A stretch of DNA of 24,000 nucleotides from Candidatus Heimdallarchaeota archaeon (lineage in GTDB: Archaea; Asgardarchaeota; Heimdallarchaeia; Heimdallarchaeales; Heimdallarchaeaceae), in contig DAOVER010000010.1 in NCBI GenBank assembly GCA_030668875.1, positions 1 to 24,000 on the forward strand, read 5' to 3'. Made by a program: the position numbers and the translations under genes. Below the pieces are notes generated by a model. It made no database searches and was not told the DNA's origin. It worked only from the letters and a program-made list of their open reading frames with translations. Positions 16,822 through 23,603 of this stretch are shown here, in pieces (within the stretch, counting starts at the first letter, position 1; each line of letters starts with the position of its first letter).

Positions 16822-18246
16822 ATGGCGGAAGAAAAAGAACTAAGAGAGGAAATTGCTGAGCTAAAGGCCAGCATAAAAGAACTACAAAAGCACCAAGCTA
16901 ACGCATACAAAGATCTAGACGATGAAGAAAGAGCTACTAAGTCAGCGTCTGAGAAAAAACAAGATAAAATCAAAAGAGATGATAAAAGAAAAATCGAGCG
17001 AGACATTAATAAGACAAAACGCAGGTCTGAACGTTCCATCCATGCTGAGCCTCTGGAAGAAACAAGTCCATTAAAACCAATAAAAGTAGTAAAACCAGTA
17101 AGAATAGTAAAACCAGTAAGACCTCCAAGGCCAGCAAGGCCAGCAAGACCTGTTAGTCCTAGAGCTTTCAAAGGATTTGAGGGACGAATCAATTTTGAAT
17201 CAGAAGATTTCAAGGATTCACTGAAGGATTTTACTAAGAGAGTTGAAAAAGCAGCAAAAGAAGGAGAAAAAGTAGCAAAAGAGATTACAGACAAACTTAC
17301 TAAAAAAATACAAAAAGCATTGGAAAAAGAAAATGAAAGGTTAAGAGAGGCTGTAGATATTTCAACTGAAGAATATGAAGAGATAATTGATAAAATAGAG
17401 GACTTTAGAACAGAGATAGATGATGCTCAACAAAACATAGATGAAGAAAGAGCCACACTAATAGAAGCTCAACGAGAAATGGGTATGGCAAAACGAAGAA
17501 TGGAACGTGCTTATCAAGAAGGAGATCGAGAACTTCAACGCGAAGCTAAAGAAAAGTTAAGGGAAGCAACAGAGGAGTTACAAGATGCCAGGGATGATAT
17601 TAGAGACGCAAAAAATGAACTAACTCACGCAAAAAGGGAATTTGCTAGATTGCAAAGAAGAGCAGCGAAAATTCATGAGGCACAATCAAAGAACGGAGGA
17701 TCAAGAGTAATTCGAGTGGATGATGTTGATTTAGGGGCAACTTTCACAGAATATTCTGACAGAGTAATGTCTTCATTAGCTAAAAACCTTGAAAGCACAA
17801 TAAAAATTGCTGTTGATGGCGGTAGAAAAGCTATTAGAGGGGTTGCTACTCAAATAGAAAAAAATGGTGGTACCATCGTTATTGAGCATGAAGGCGCGAT
17901 AGATACTGAGGAATATGAAGAATTGACAGAAAAAACTGCAGATCTTTTATCAGCATTAGGAGACAAGAACAGATTGCTTCTTCTAAAAATACTTGAAAAT
18001 TCTCCACAATATCAAAAAGAGCTTGCAGAAGAAACAGGGTTGCGTGGTGGTACCTTTAAGCACCATACAGACATTCTCCAAGATGCTAATTTTATTACAA
18101 GAGAAGCAATTCGAGGAAGATATCTAATCACTCAATTAGGGATTGAAGCTCTCAAATTATCTGAATTGATACATTATCGTAAGAGACAACTAGAAAATTA
18201 CGAAAATGAAGATGATGACACAATCGACATTGATATTGAAGATTAA
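16822..18246 (+). CDS. Long coiled-coil protein with a basic Pro-rich repeat segment, a C-terminal ArsR/SmtB-type winged HTH and an acidic tail
   Basis: SD GGTGA at 16811-16815. The wHTH LLSALGDKNRLLLLKILENSPQYQKELAEETGLRGGTFKHHTDILQDANFITREAIRGRYLITQLG (nt ~17935-18156) matches the ArsR pattern (L.ALadp.RL.IL..L......v.ELae.lgls..tvS.HL..L..aGlv). Residues ~125-290 are strongly heptad-like. Confidence 0.85.
   Translation: MAEEKELREEIAELKASIKELQKHQANAYKDLDDEERATKSASEKKQDKIKRDDKRKIERDINKTKRRSERSIHAEPLEETSPLKPIKVVKPVRIVKPVRPPRPARPARPVSPRAFKGFEGRINFESEDFKDSLKDFTKRVEKAAKEGEKVAKEITDKLTKKIQKALEKENERLREAVDISTEEYEEIIDKIEDFRTEIDDAQQNIDEERATLIEAQREMGMAKRRMERAYQEGDRELQREAKEKLREATEELQDARDDIRDAKNELTHAKREFARLQRRAAKIHEAQSKNGGSRVIRVDDVDLGATFTEYSDRVMSSLAKNLESTIKIAVDGGRKAIRGVATQIEKNGGTIVIEHEGAIDTEEYEELTEKTADLLSALGDKNRLLLLKILENSPQYQKELAEETGLRGGTFKHHTDILQDANFITREAIRGRYLITQLGIEALKLSELIHYRKRQLENYENEDDDTIDIDIED
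17071..17151 (+). repeat. In-frame tandem repeats encoding KPIK-VVKPVR-IVKPVR-PPR-PAR-PAR-P
   Basis: An 18-nt unit occurs twice (gtagtaaaaccagtaaga at 17086-17103 and atagtaaaaccagtaaga at 17104-17121). A 9-nt unit then occurs three times (cctccaagg, ccagcaagg, ccagcaaga; 17122-17148). Confidence 0.9.
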
Positions 18247-18264
18247 ACAATTGGTGAGAAAACA

Positions 18265-18939
18265 ATGAGATTAAGTGTAAAAAACCGTCCTTTGAAAATC
18301 ACCCACAGTTATGAATATACTTTCGATAATAATATTGTTAAAATCTCATTATCAAAGAAGTCCCTCTTATTTCCAGTTTTTAATGAAAAGGAAAATAGGC
18401 AGATAGGATTTCTTCTTGAAGGACCTATAGGGATTATTGCAGATTTAATAGTTCATTCCCAAAAAGGTGCAGTAGGAGAATTATTTGATAGAACATTCTC
18501 TACGGTCATCCTTTTTCCGGTTGAACTCCCTTTTCTTTCATTAGATCATGTTAAAGAAACATCTCCTGTGGAAAATTTTGAACCTTATCAGGAACTATTG
18601 AATAAATATAATAGAGGTTTTTCATTAAACAAAATTGGAATAACAGATATAAGCAAACATACTTTGATAGTAACACAAAAACCCAAATTATTTTGGTTAA
18701 TTAGTTCTGATGGAGCATTCTTAATAGGGAAGAAAGAGATCATAGGAAGAAAAGGTCCAAAGAAATTTCTATGGATTTCTAAGAAAGGATTGATATCAGT
18801 AAACAAAGATGGAAAATACAGATCTGTAACGGATATACTCCAAATTAAAGAAATCAAGCAATCTTTCCAGAACATCTTTGGAAAACCACTGTCAAATCTA
18901 TTTTCAAGTATTCAAGACTCATTTTCAAAATTTGCATAA
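18265..18939 (+). CDS. Hypothetical protein, last gene of the coiled-coil/HTH operon
   Basis: SD GGTGA (18253-18257) lies 7 nt upstream of the ATG. The start is 18 nt after the upstream stop. I recognised no family. Confidence 0.65.
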   Translation: MRLSVKNRPLKITHSYEYTFDNNIVKISLSKKSLLFPVFNEKENRQIGFLLEGPIGIIADLIVHSQKGAVGELFDRTFSTVILFPVELPFLSLDHVKETSPVENFEPYQELLNKYNRGFSLNKIGITDISKHTLIVTQKPKLFWLISSDGAFLIGKKEIIGRKGPKKFLWISKKGLISVNKDGKYRSVTDILQIKEIKQSFQNIFGKPLSNLFSSIQDSFSKFA

Positions 18940-18949
18940 TTTAGTGCAA

Positions 18950-18965
18950 TTTTCTCTTTTTTTTT
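18950..18965 (+). terminator. Oligo-T tract, a candidate archaeal terminator for the plus-strand operon
   Basis: TTTTCTCTTTTTTTTT begins 11 nt after the stop at 18939 and overlaps the stop codon of the convergent methyltransferase gene. Confidence 0.35.
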
Positions 18966-19944
18966 ATTTAGATTTATATTCAATTTGTTTTACAGCTTTT
19001 GCAATTTGCCTTGAAATTACTGGTGGAACAGCCTCTCCAACTTGATTAAAGACTGAATCAACATTACCAGTAAAAACAAATGTATCAGGAAAGCTCATCA
19101 AACGAGCATGTTCTCTAGCAGTTAGGGGACGATTCTTATAAGGATGGATGAACCGAGATTTACCCATAATAGTTTCAGCTGCTTTTTCTGGATCAAGTTT
19201 TATCCAAGTTTTCTTTTCTTCAACAGCTCCAGAAAAATAAACTGCCGCCCCACCCTTTTTTATTCGATGTACTCTATCACTTACTCTCTTTGGAAAGAAG
19301 AGTGTAAAATGATTTGAAAAATTATTAGGATAAGAGGGATCGGGGAGATTACTAATAGCTTCAGATGTAGTGATAGTTCTCTGCTTTGGAAGTTTCAAAC
19401 GAACATTACTTATGAAAACTCTAGTTCTTTCACTTGGACACCCATGGTTTTCAGCAGTAATAACATTGAAGTATATTTTCTCAAAACCAACCTTCTCAAA
19501 TTCATTCGAAATCAACTCTTTTCCAATACCATTCATCATAGGAACAACGTTCTCAATAACGAAAAAATTTGGTGTTAAATCACCAATAATTCGTATTGCA
19601 TGAAAAATCAAATCTCCATTGGGATCGGTGTAAAATCTATCAAATGGATCTTTATGTCTAGTTGTGTTAGCGGAAGTGAAAGGTTCACATGGTGGAGAAG
19701 CAAGGATAACATCTGGTGTTTCACATATTTCTGACTCAATCTGTAAAGAGTGAATGGTACGAATATCAGCATTCATTAATGGTGTATCGGGAAAATTAAG
19801 TTTGTATGTCTTAGCTACACCCTCATCTACCTCAACAGCAAGTAAATCTCTAAATCCTTTATGCACAAAACCTAAACTAAATCCTCCTGCTCCTGAGAAT
19901 AGATCAATGAATGAGAGTTCCTTCTTTTTTGAACTAAGGGGCAT
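18964..19944 (-). CDS. dcm: DNA (cytosine-5)-methyltransferase
   Basis: Motifs:
- motif I: FIDLFSGAGGFSLGF
- motif IV: ASPPCEPFT
- motif VI: FVIENV
- motif VIII: ERTRVFI
- motif IX: LTAREHARLMSFPDTFVF
- motif X: QVGEAVPPVISRQIA

The start is set at MPLSSKK (19944) because the ORF-track N-terminal extension runs through the tRNA-Val gene. Confidence 0.85.
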   Translation of the reverse strand: MPLSSKKKELSFIDLFSGAGGFSLGFVHKGFRDLLAVEVDEGVAKTYKLNFPDTPLMNADIRTIHSLQIESEICETPDVILASPPCEPFTSANTTRHKDPFDRFYTDPNGDLIFHAIRIIGDLTPNFFVIENVVPMMNGIGKELISNEFEKVGFEKIYFNVITAENHGCPSERTRVFISNVRLKLPKQRTITTSEAISNLPDPSYPNNFSNHFTLFFPKRVSDRVHRIKKGGAAVYFSGAVEEKKTWIKLDPEKAAETIMGKSRFIHPYKNRPLTAREHARLMSFPDTFVFTGNVDSVFNQVGEAVPPVISRQIAKAVKQIEYKSK

Positions 19945-19967
19945 TTTTGCTGCACAACTTCTAAAAT

Positions 19968-20046
19968 TGGTGGGGCAGGCAGGATTTGAACCTGCGACAT
20001 CCACTGTGTGAGAGTGGCATCATGGGCCAAGCTAGATCACTGCTCC
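19968..20046 (-). tRNA. tRNA-Val (anticodon CAC), no intron, encoded CCA
   Basis: Reverse complement: GGAGCAG-TG-ATCT-AGCTTGGCCCA-TGAT-G-CCACT-CTCACAC-AGTGG-ATGTC-GCAGG-TTCAAAT-CCTGC-CTGCCCC-A-CCA. There is one A3-C70 mismatch in the acceptor stem and a T13-T22 mismatch in the D stem. Confidence 0.8.
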
Positions 20047-20072
20047 TAAGCAGTAGGTGATTAACTGATAAG

Positions 20073-20082
20073 TATTTATTTT
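20073..20082 (-). promoter_or_regulatory. Candidate TATA box for tRNA-Val
   Basis: On the minus strand AAAATAAATA ends ~26 nt upstream of the mature tRNA 5' end, the spacing expected for an archaeal promoter. Confidence 0.4.
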
Positions 20083-20104
20083 TTCTGTTTCCTATTGTTA
20101 TTGA

Positions 20105-20350
20105 AAAATTAGATAGATATGCCCCTGAGGTTAACCCTTGGTATCATTTTAAGGGGATATCCCATATCCACCAGTTGAGCGCCTCAGGAGCAACTGTATC
20201 CCGCTAGGGTTGACTCACCTTCATTGTATTGAGTGTTACACTCAACTAGGGAAAGAGCCCGTTGATAGCGGAAATGTAGCCTTTTCCTTGCACCTTCTTT
20301 CCTAGTCGGCATCGCCATCTCTAGAAAGTCCTCGATAAAGGCAATATATC
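20105..20350 (-). ncRNA. Candidate structured RNA or decayed foreign gene remnant: a G+C-rich island with no intact ORF
   Basis: ~48% G+C by hand count over 20121-20340, against ~30% in the flanks. It contains several helices, listed in the findings. On the minus strand a T5 run follows the last helix. The class was not recognised. Confidence 0.3.
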
Positions 20351-20407
20351 ATAACTCTTCGGCTATCTTGAAGTTTTTTATCTGATACAAAAGAAAGAAA
20401 GAAGAAA

Positions 20408-21475
20408 TCAGAAAGTCTTTACCGCTTCAAGTAAGTCCATGTGTTTTTCAAAGTAGTTTCTCGAAGGTTTAAGAATTTCCCCTAAAGACTTAGATACCGC
20501 TGATTTAAGGTCCATAGGATGTAACTCACCTTTGAAATACACCTCTTCAAACTGTTTGTAACTAGTGAATGTGATGTCACCACCAAATTTTTCCGTTCTC
20601 TCAATCTTGAAAGTAGAGTACATTTGGAAGATAATATATTGCACCATTTCTGTGATTGGATTACCTGTAACTTGTTTAGGAGGACATTGAGCTTTTTTGA
20701 TTTTTCTAAATATGTCTTCCTCACTATCATGAATAAATATACATGTATCTGGCTTAGATTTACTCATTTTTGCATCAATCTGTGCAGATAAATCAGGAAC
20801 AGCTTCAGCATCCATTTTCTTCCCTAATCCTTCCAAACCTGTCAACAAAGGTGTGTGAAGACATGAAGGTTTAGTAAAACCTAACTTTTCAGCTGTATCT
20901 CTTGCTAGCATATGTGCTTTTCTCTGATCCATTCCACCAACAGCTAAATCGATCTCCATATCATAAATATCAGCTACTTGCATTGCGGGATAATAAAGAA
21001 AAGCTGATTCCATCTCCCCTTCAGTTTTTCTACCCATAATTGGCATGGTCCTCATTATTCTAGCAATGGAATTTGCTTTAGCAACCCGCACTACTTTAGC
21101 CCAATAATCACTTCGTTCTACTAACTCTGAAGACCAGATATACTTGATGTTGTGCCCTTTGACACCAACCGATTCAAAAGCCTTTTGAAAATATTCACCA
21201 GCTATCTTGATTTTATCCATATCAGCTCCAAGTTTATTATTAATCCAACTATGCCAATCTGCAAGGAAGACAACGGTTTCGAATCCAGCTTTTGCTAAAT
21301 CTTGTAATTTGTTACCAATTACTAAACCTGTTCCCAAGTGAAGTAATCCTGAAAGTTCAAAACCTACGTAAGCACGTGGCTTTTCTTTTTCAGTGAAAAT
21401 TTTTTGTATTTCTTCTTTTAGGATAACTTCTTCTGCATTTCTTGTTACTAATTTCATCTTATCTTCAATAGACAT
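20408..21475 (-). CDS. tyrS: Tyrosine--tRNA ligase (archaeal type)
   Basis: Class I aaRS with the HIGH-equivalent GFELSGLLHLGT and a KMSKS loop. The N-terminal pattern LVTRNAEEVILKEEI, the LADWHSWINNKLG segment and GGMDQRKAHMLARD are typical of archaeal TyrRS. SD AGGTGAT lies 5 nt upstream of the ATG. Confidence 0.8.
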   Translation of the reverse strand: MSIEDKMKLVTRNAEEVILKEEIQKIFTEKEKPRAYVGFELSGLLHLGTGLVIGNKLQDLAKAGFETVVFLADWHSWINNKLGADMDKIKIAGEYFQKAFESVGVKGHNIKYIWSSELVERSDYWAKVVRVAKANSIARIMRTMPIMGRKTEGEMESAFLYYPAMQVADIYDMEIDLAVGGMDQRKAHMLARDTAEKLGFTKPSCLHTPLLTGLEGLGKKMDAEAVPDLSAQIDAKMSKSKPDTCIFIHDSEEDIFRKIKKAQCPPKQVTGNPITEMVQYIIFQMYSTFKIERTEKFGGDITFTSYKQFEEVYFKGELHPMDLKSAVSKSLGEILKPSRNYFEKHMDLLEAVKTF

Positions 21476-21651
21476 TGCGTATCACCTGAGTTTTACGAAA
21501 ATTCTTTGATGATTTCTGCCCCACAGTAATAATAGTAAAAACGAACTAATGAAAGTCATAGATATTCCAAGGGCATCATCTCTACCTACGAATCTCGATT
21601 TTACTATTAAGGTTTTTGGCCATCAATAAGAAAAGAAAAAAAAGAGAAGAA

Positions 21652-23121
21652 TTAGATTTGTTTAAATTCTATTACACGGAGATTGGTTGGTTGTTTAGTG
21701 ATTTCAGCTTTTCGAGCACCAATTACCATTTTGATTCCTTTAGCATGTGATTTTTCAAGCAACCTCTGGGTAATTACACCATCTATGAGTAATACATGCG
21801 CTTGTTCAACACCATCTAAGTTCGAATAAATTTCACTTGCAGGACTCCGTAGAATTTCTTTTTCAGTCTCATCAAAAACAATTGCTTCATGTTTTGATTT
21901 GATATTTTTGACAGAAACGGACAAATATTCAGGCAGTTGAACTTTTCTTATTTCTCTTTGAGGAGGCCTACCACGTGGTCTGCCAGGAGGACGACTTGAA
22001 GGCCTGCTAGAAGATGGTGGTTTTTTAGTAACTGCACTATCACGAGGTTGTCTTCCCTTAACAGGTTGTTTCACAGAAGTTGTCGGTTTAACCGCTGTTT
22101 CCTTTTTCACTGAGGAAGTTTTTGAAGCAGCTGGTTTTACATCTTTTCCAGCTCTTGAGGAAGGTCTAGTTTTGGGTTTCTTTTCAGTTTCTTTTTTAGA
22201 TCTGAGAATTCTTCTTTTCTTTTTATCACCAGATTTATCTTTATCAAGAAATTCTTTTACTGTTTTCCCTTCATCCTCTCCTGTCAAGAAAATAGTTTTT
22301 TCAACTGATACAGCATCATTAAGGGCTTTGTTTACTTGATCTTTGTTTAAGTCTTCGACTTCTTTTCCTTTTGGAGCACGCGCCACATACTGTACATGTG
22401 CAACTTGAAGAAGCTCTTTAAGAATCAAATCACCACCCCTATCCCCGTCAAGGAAAGCTGTAACAGTTTTTTTCTTGATCAAATCAATCAATTTGGGGGG
22501 GACACTGGTTCCATTCACCGCAATAGTGTTATCAACACCATATTTTAGAAGATTAACGACATCCGCTCTTCCTTCTACCAGAATTGTTTTCTTTTGTCTT
22601 TCAAATCCAGGTCCTGCAGAAATTCCTTCATCAGTCAATTTAACTATTGAACCTGGTTTTGAGGATTTTTCAACTTCCAATGTTATAGAAGAACTAAATG
22701 GGCTTACATTTTGATCCCATTGTCTAATAATTTCAGAAGCACGATCAACAATTGATTGTCTTTTGTTAACTCGCACATCAACTATCTCTTTCAGCTGTAT
22801 TTGACAACTACATGGACCAACTCTATCTACTGTTTCAAGAGTAGCTGCGAGTATTGCGGTCTCTGTTCTTGATAAACTAGAAGGAATAACTATTTTACCT
22901 GTAGTTTTTCCCCTACTACTAGAATAATCAACACTAATTCTCCCGATTCTACCGGTTTTTTGAAGTTCTCGGATGTCAAGGTTTTCACTCAGTAATCCGT
23001 CGGTTTGCCCATAAATAGCGCCAACGATATCTGGCTTTTCTACCACTCCATCGACTTCGAATTTAGCTGTAATTTCATATTTTGTTGTTGAAGTATCAGT
23101 TTTTACGCCCATATCCTTCAC
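21652..23121 (-). CDS. dnaG: Archaeal DnaG (Toprim-domain primase-like, exosome-associated protein) with a long low-complexity insertion
   Basis: The N-terminus KYEITAKFEVDGVVEKPDIVGAIYGQTDGLLSENLDIRELQKTGRIGRI ... ETAILAATLETVDRVGPC matches archaeal DnaG. The Toprim region is ILVEGRADVVNL ... FLDGDRGGDLI. SD GGTGAAGG precedes the ATG. Confidence 0.9.
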   Translation of the reverse strand: MKDMGVKTDTSTTKYEITAKFEVDGVVEKPDIVGAIYGQTDGLLSENLDIRELQKTGRIGRISVDYSSSRGKTTGKIVIPSSLSRTETAILAATLETVDRVGPCSCQIQLKEIVDVRVNKRQSIVDRASEIIRQWDQNVSPFSSSITLEVEKSSKPGSIVKLTDEGISAGPGFERQKKTILVEGRADVVNLLKYGVDNTIAVNGTSVPPKLIDLIKKKTVTAFLDGDRGGDLILKELLQVAHVQYVARAPKGKEVEDLNKDQVNKALNDAVSVEKTIFLTGEDEGKTVKEFLDKDKSGDKKKRRILRSKKETEKKPKTRPSSRAGKDVKPAASKTSSVKKETAVKPTTSVKQPVKGRQPRDSAVTKKPPSSSRPSSRPPGRPRGRPPQREIRKVQLPEYLSVSVKNIKSKHEAIVFDETEKEILRSPASEIYSNLDGVEQAHVLLIDGVITQRLLEKSHAKGIKMVIGARKAEITKQPTNLRVIEFKQI

Positions 23122-23603
23122 CTACTTTTTGTTTATTTATAAGTTGCAAAGTCAACAAAAAACCGATAGGTATATCCACTATTCCCTTCACCCTTAATTA
23201 CTTTCTATAAACTTAATTCAATCTGAATTTTTCAAACATGAAATACACTTTTTTAGTGTGTTCTGTAAGAGTATGATTTATGATTATTATTATGTAAAGA
23301 TCATCAATGATCGTGACAGGTGATTGTAAGTGTGATACCCATCAGACTTCTTTCAACTTTTATGCAAACTTTAATTTTTATTTGCTATCAAGGTACGTTC
23401 TTGTACCTTTTAGTCTGATTTGTGAACTAATCTATTTAGTTCAAGAAAATGAAGGGTAAAGTGTGTTAAAAACGTTCCCATATATCACAATTGGTCACAT
23501 TTTCAGGGAACATTTCTGCTTTCCTACATTATGTCATAAACAATTGGATAATCTTTTGCTTAACTTTAAATAATAAATAATTTAGCTTTATTTAGAGATT
23601 AAC

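Noticed and set aside
16803-17294. 163-aa minus-strand ORF
   Set aside because: It is antisense to the 5' part of the 474-aa coiled-coil gene. Its repetitive LAGLAGLGGLTGF text is simply the complement of the Pro-rich tandem repeats.
18265-18939. The 224-aa protein as the missing restriction endonuclease partner of the methyltransferase
   Set aside because: It is convergent to dcm, and its SD and 18-nt spacing tie it to the upstream coiled-coil operon. I could not find a convincing PD-(D/E)xK arrangement. The only ExK (KEIKQ) lies 6 residues after the nearest Asp, at the extreme C-terminus.
18964-19944. Possibility that the methyltransferase is a Dnmt2-type tRNA C38 methyltransferase. The PPCEPFT motif resembles Dnmt2 PPCQPFT, and the gene abuts tRNA-Val, a known Dnmt2 substrate class in eukaryotes.
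   Set aside because: The target-recognition region lacks the Dnmt2-specific CFT motif. The motif IX-X block (TAREHARLMSFPDTFVF ... GEAVPPV) and the HP..R.LT context look like small prokaryotic DNA C5-methyltransferases. The adjacency is probably transcriptional or integrative rather than functional.
13000-19967. Search for a second partial copy of the tRNA-Val 3' end (attR) that would delimit an integrated element containing dcm and the coiled-coil operon
   Set aside because: Only short chance matches were seen (for example TTTGAACCT at ~18572 inside a CDS). There is no convincing att duplicate, so an intact island is not claimed.
19945-20004. N-terminal 20-codon extension of the methyltransferase ORF (MDVAGSNPACPTNFRSCAAK)
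   Set aside because: It is the translation of the tRNA-Val T-arm and acceptor region. Methyltransferase motif I follows closely after the internal Met at 19944, so the extension is not coding.
20171-20260. Resemblance of CTCAACTAGG / CCAGTTGAG in the G+C-rich island to the IS terminal repeat (TGTTAACTCAACTAAG), suggesting a MITE
   Set aside because: Only a 7-8 nt core is shared. The outermost TGTTAAC is not present in the proper orientation, and the two copies face the wrong way for TIRs.
20321-20372. RNase P RNA-like motifs on the plus strand (AGAAAGTCC resembling CR-I GAGGAAAGUCC; CTCTTCGGCTATC resembling CR-V UUCGGCUUAUC)
   Set aside because: The two motifs are only ~25 nt apart, whereas CR-I and CR-V should be separated by most of the RNA. 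The potential P4 pairing is about 4 bp. A plus-strand RNA would run into the tyrS coding region. I also found no SRP-RNA GGAA/AGCA helix-8 motif.
392-22714. Other short ORFs in the track: 392-646, 3874-4074, 5527-5715, 6460-6810, 7450-7662, 8470-8676, 8927-9151, 10912-11178, 13073-13273, 13258-13440, 13691-13876, 15392-15628, 15634-15888, 16435-16641, 18588-18875, 19370-19603, 19754-20011, 20482-20730, 22475-22714
   Set aside because: Each lies inside, and in another frame or strand of, a longer ORF with recognisable motifs or better start signals. None has an SD or recognisable motifs of its own.
23299-23350. C/D-box sRNA (AATGATCG ... TGTGATA ... CAGA). A similar candidate lies in the 21476-21651 gap (TTGATGA / AGATGATGC).
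   Set aside because: The box sequences deviate at several positions from RUGAUGA/CUGA, and the spacing and order are wrong on either strand.
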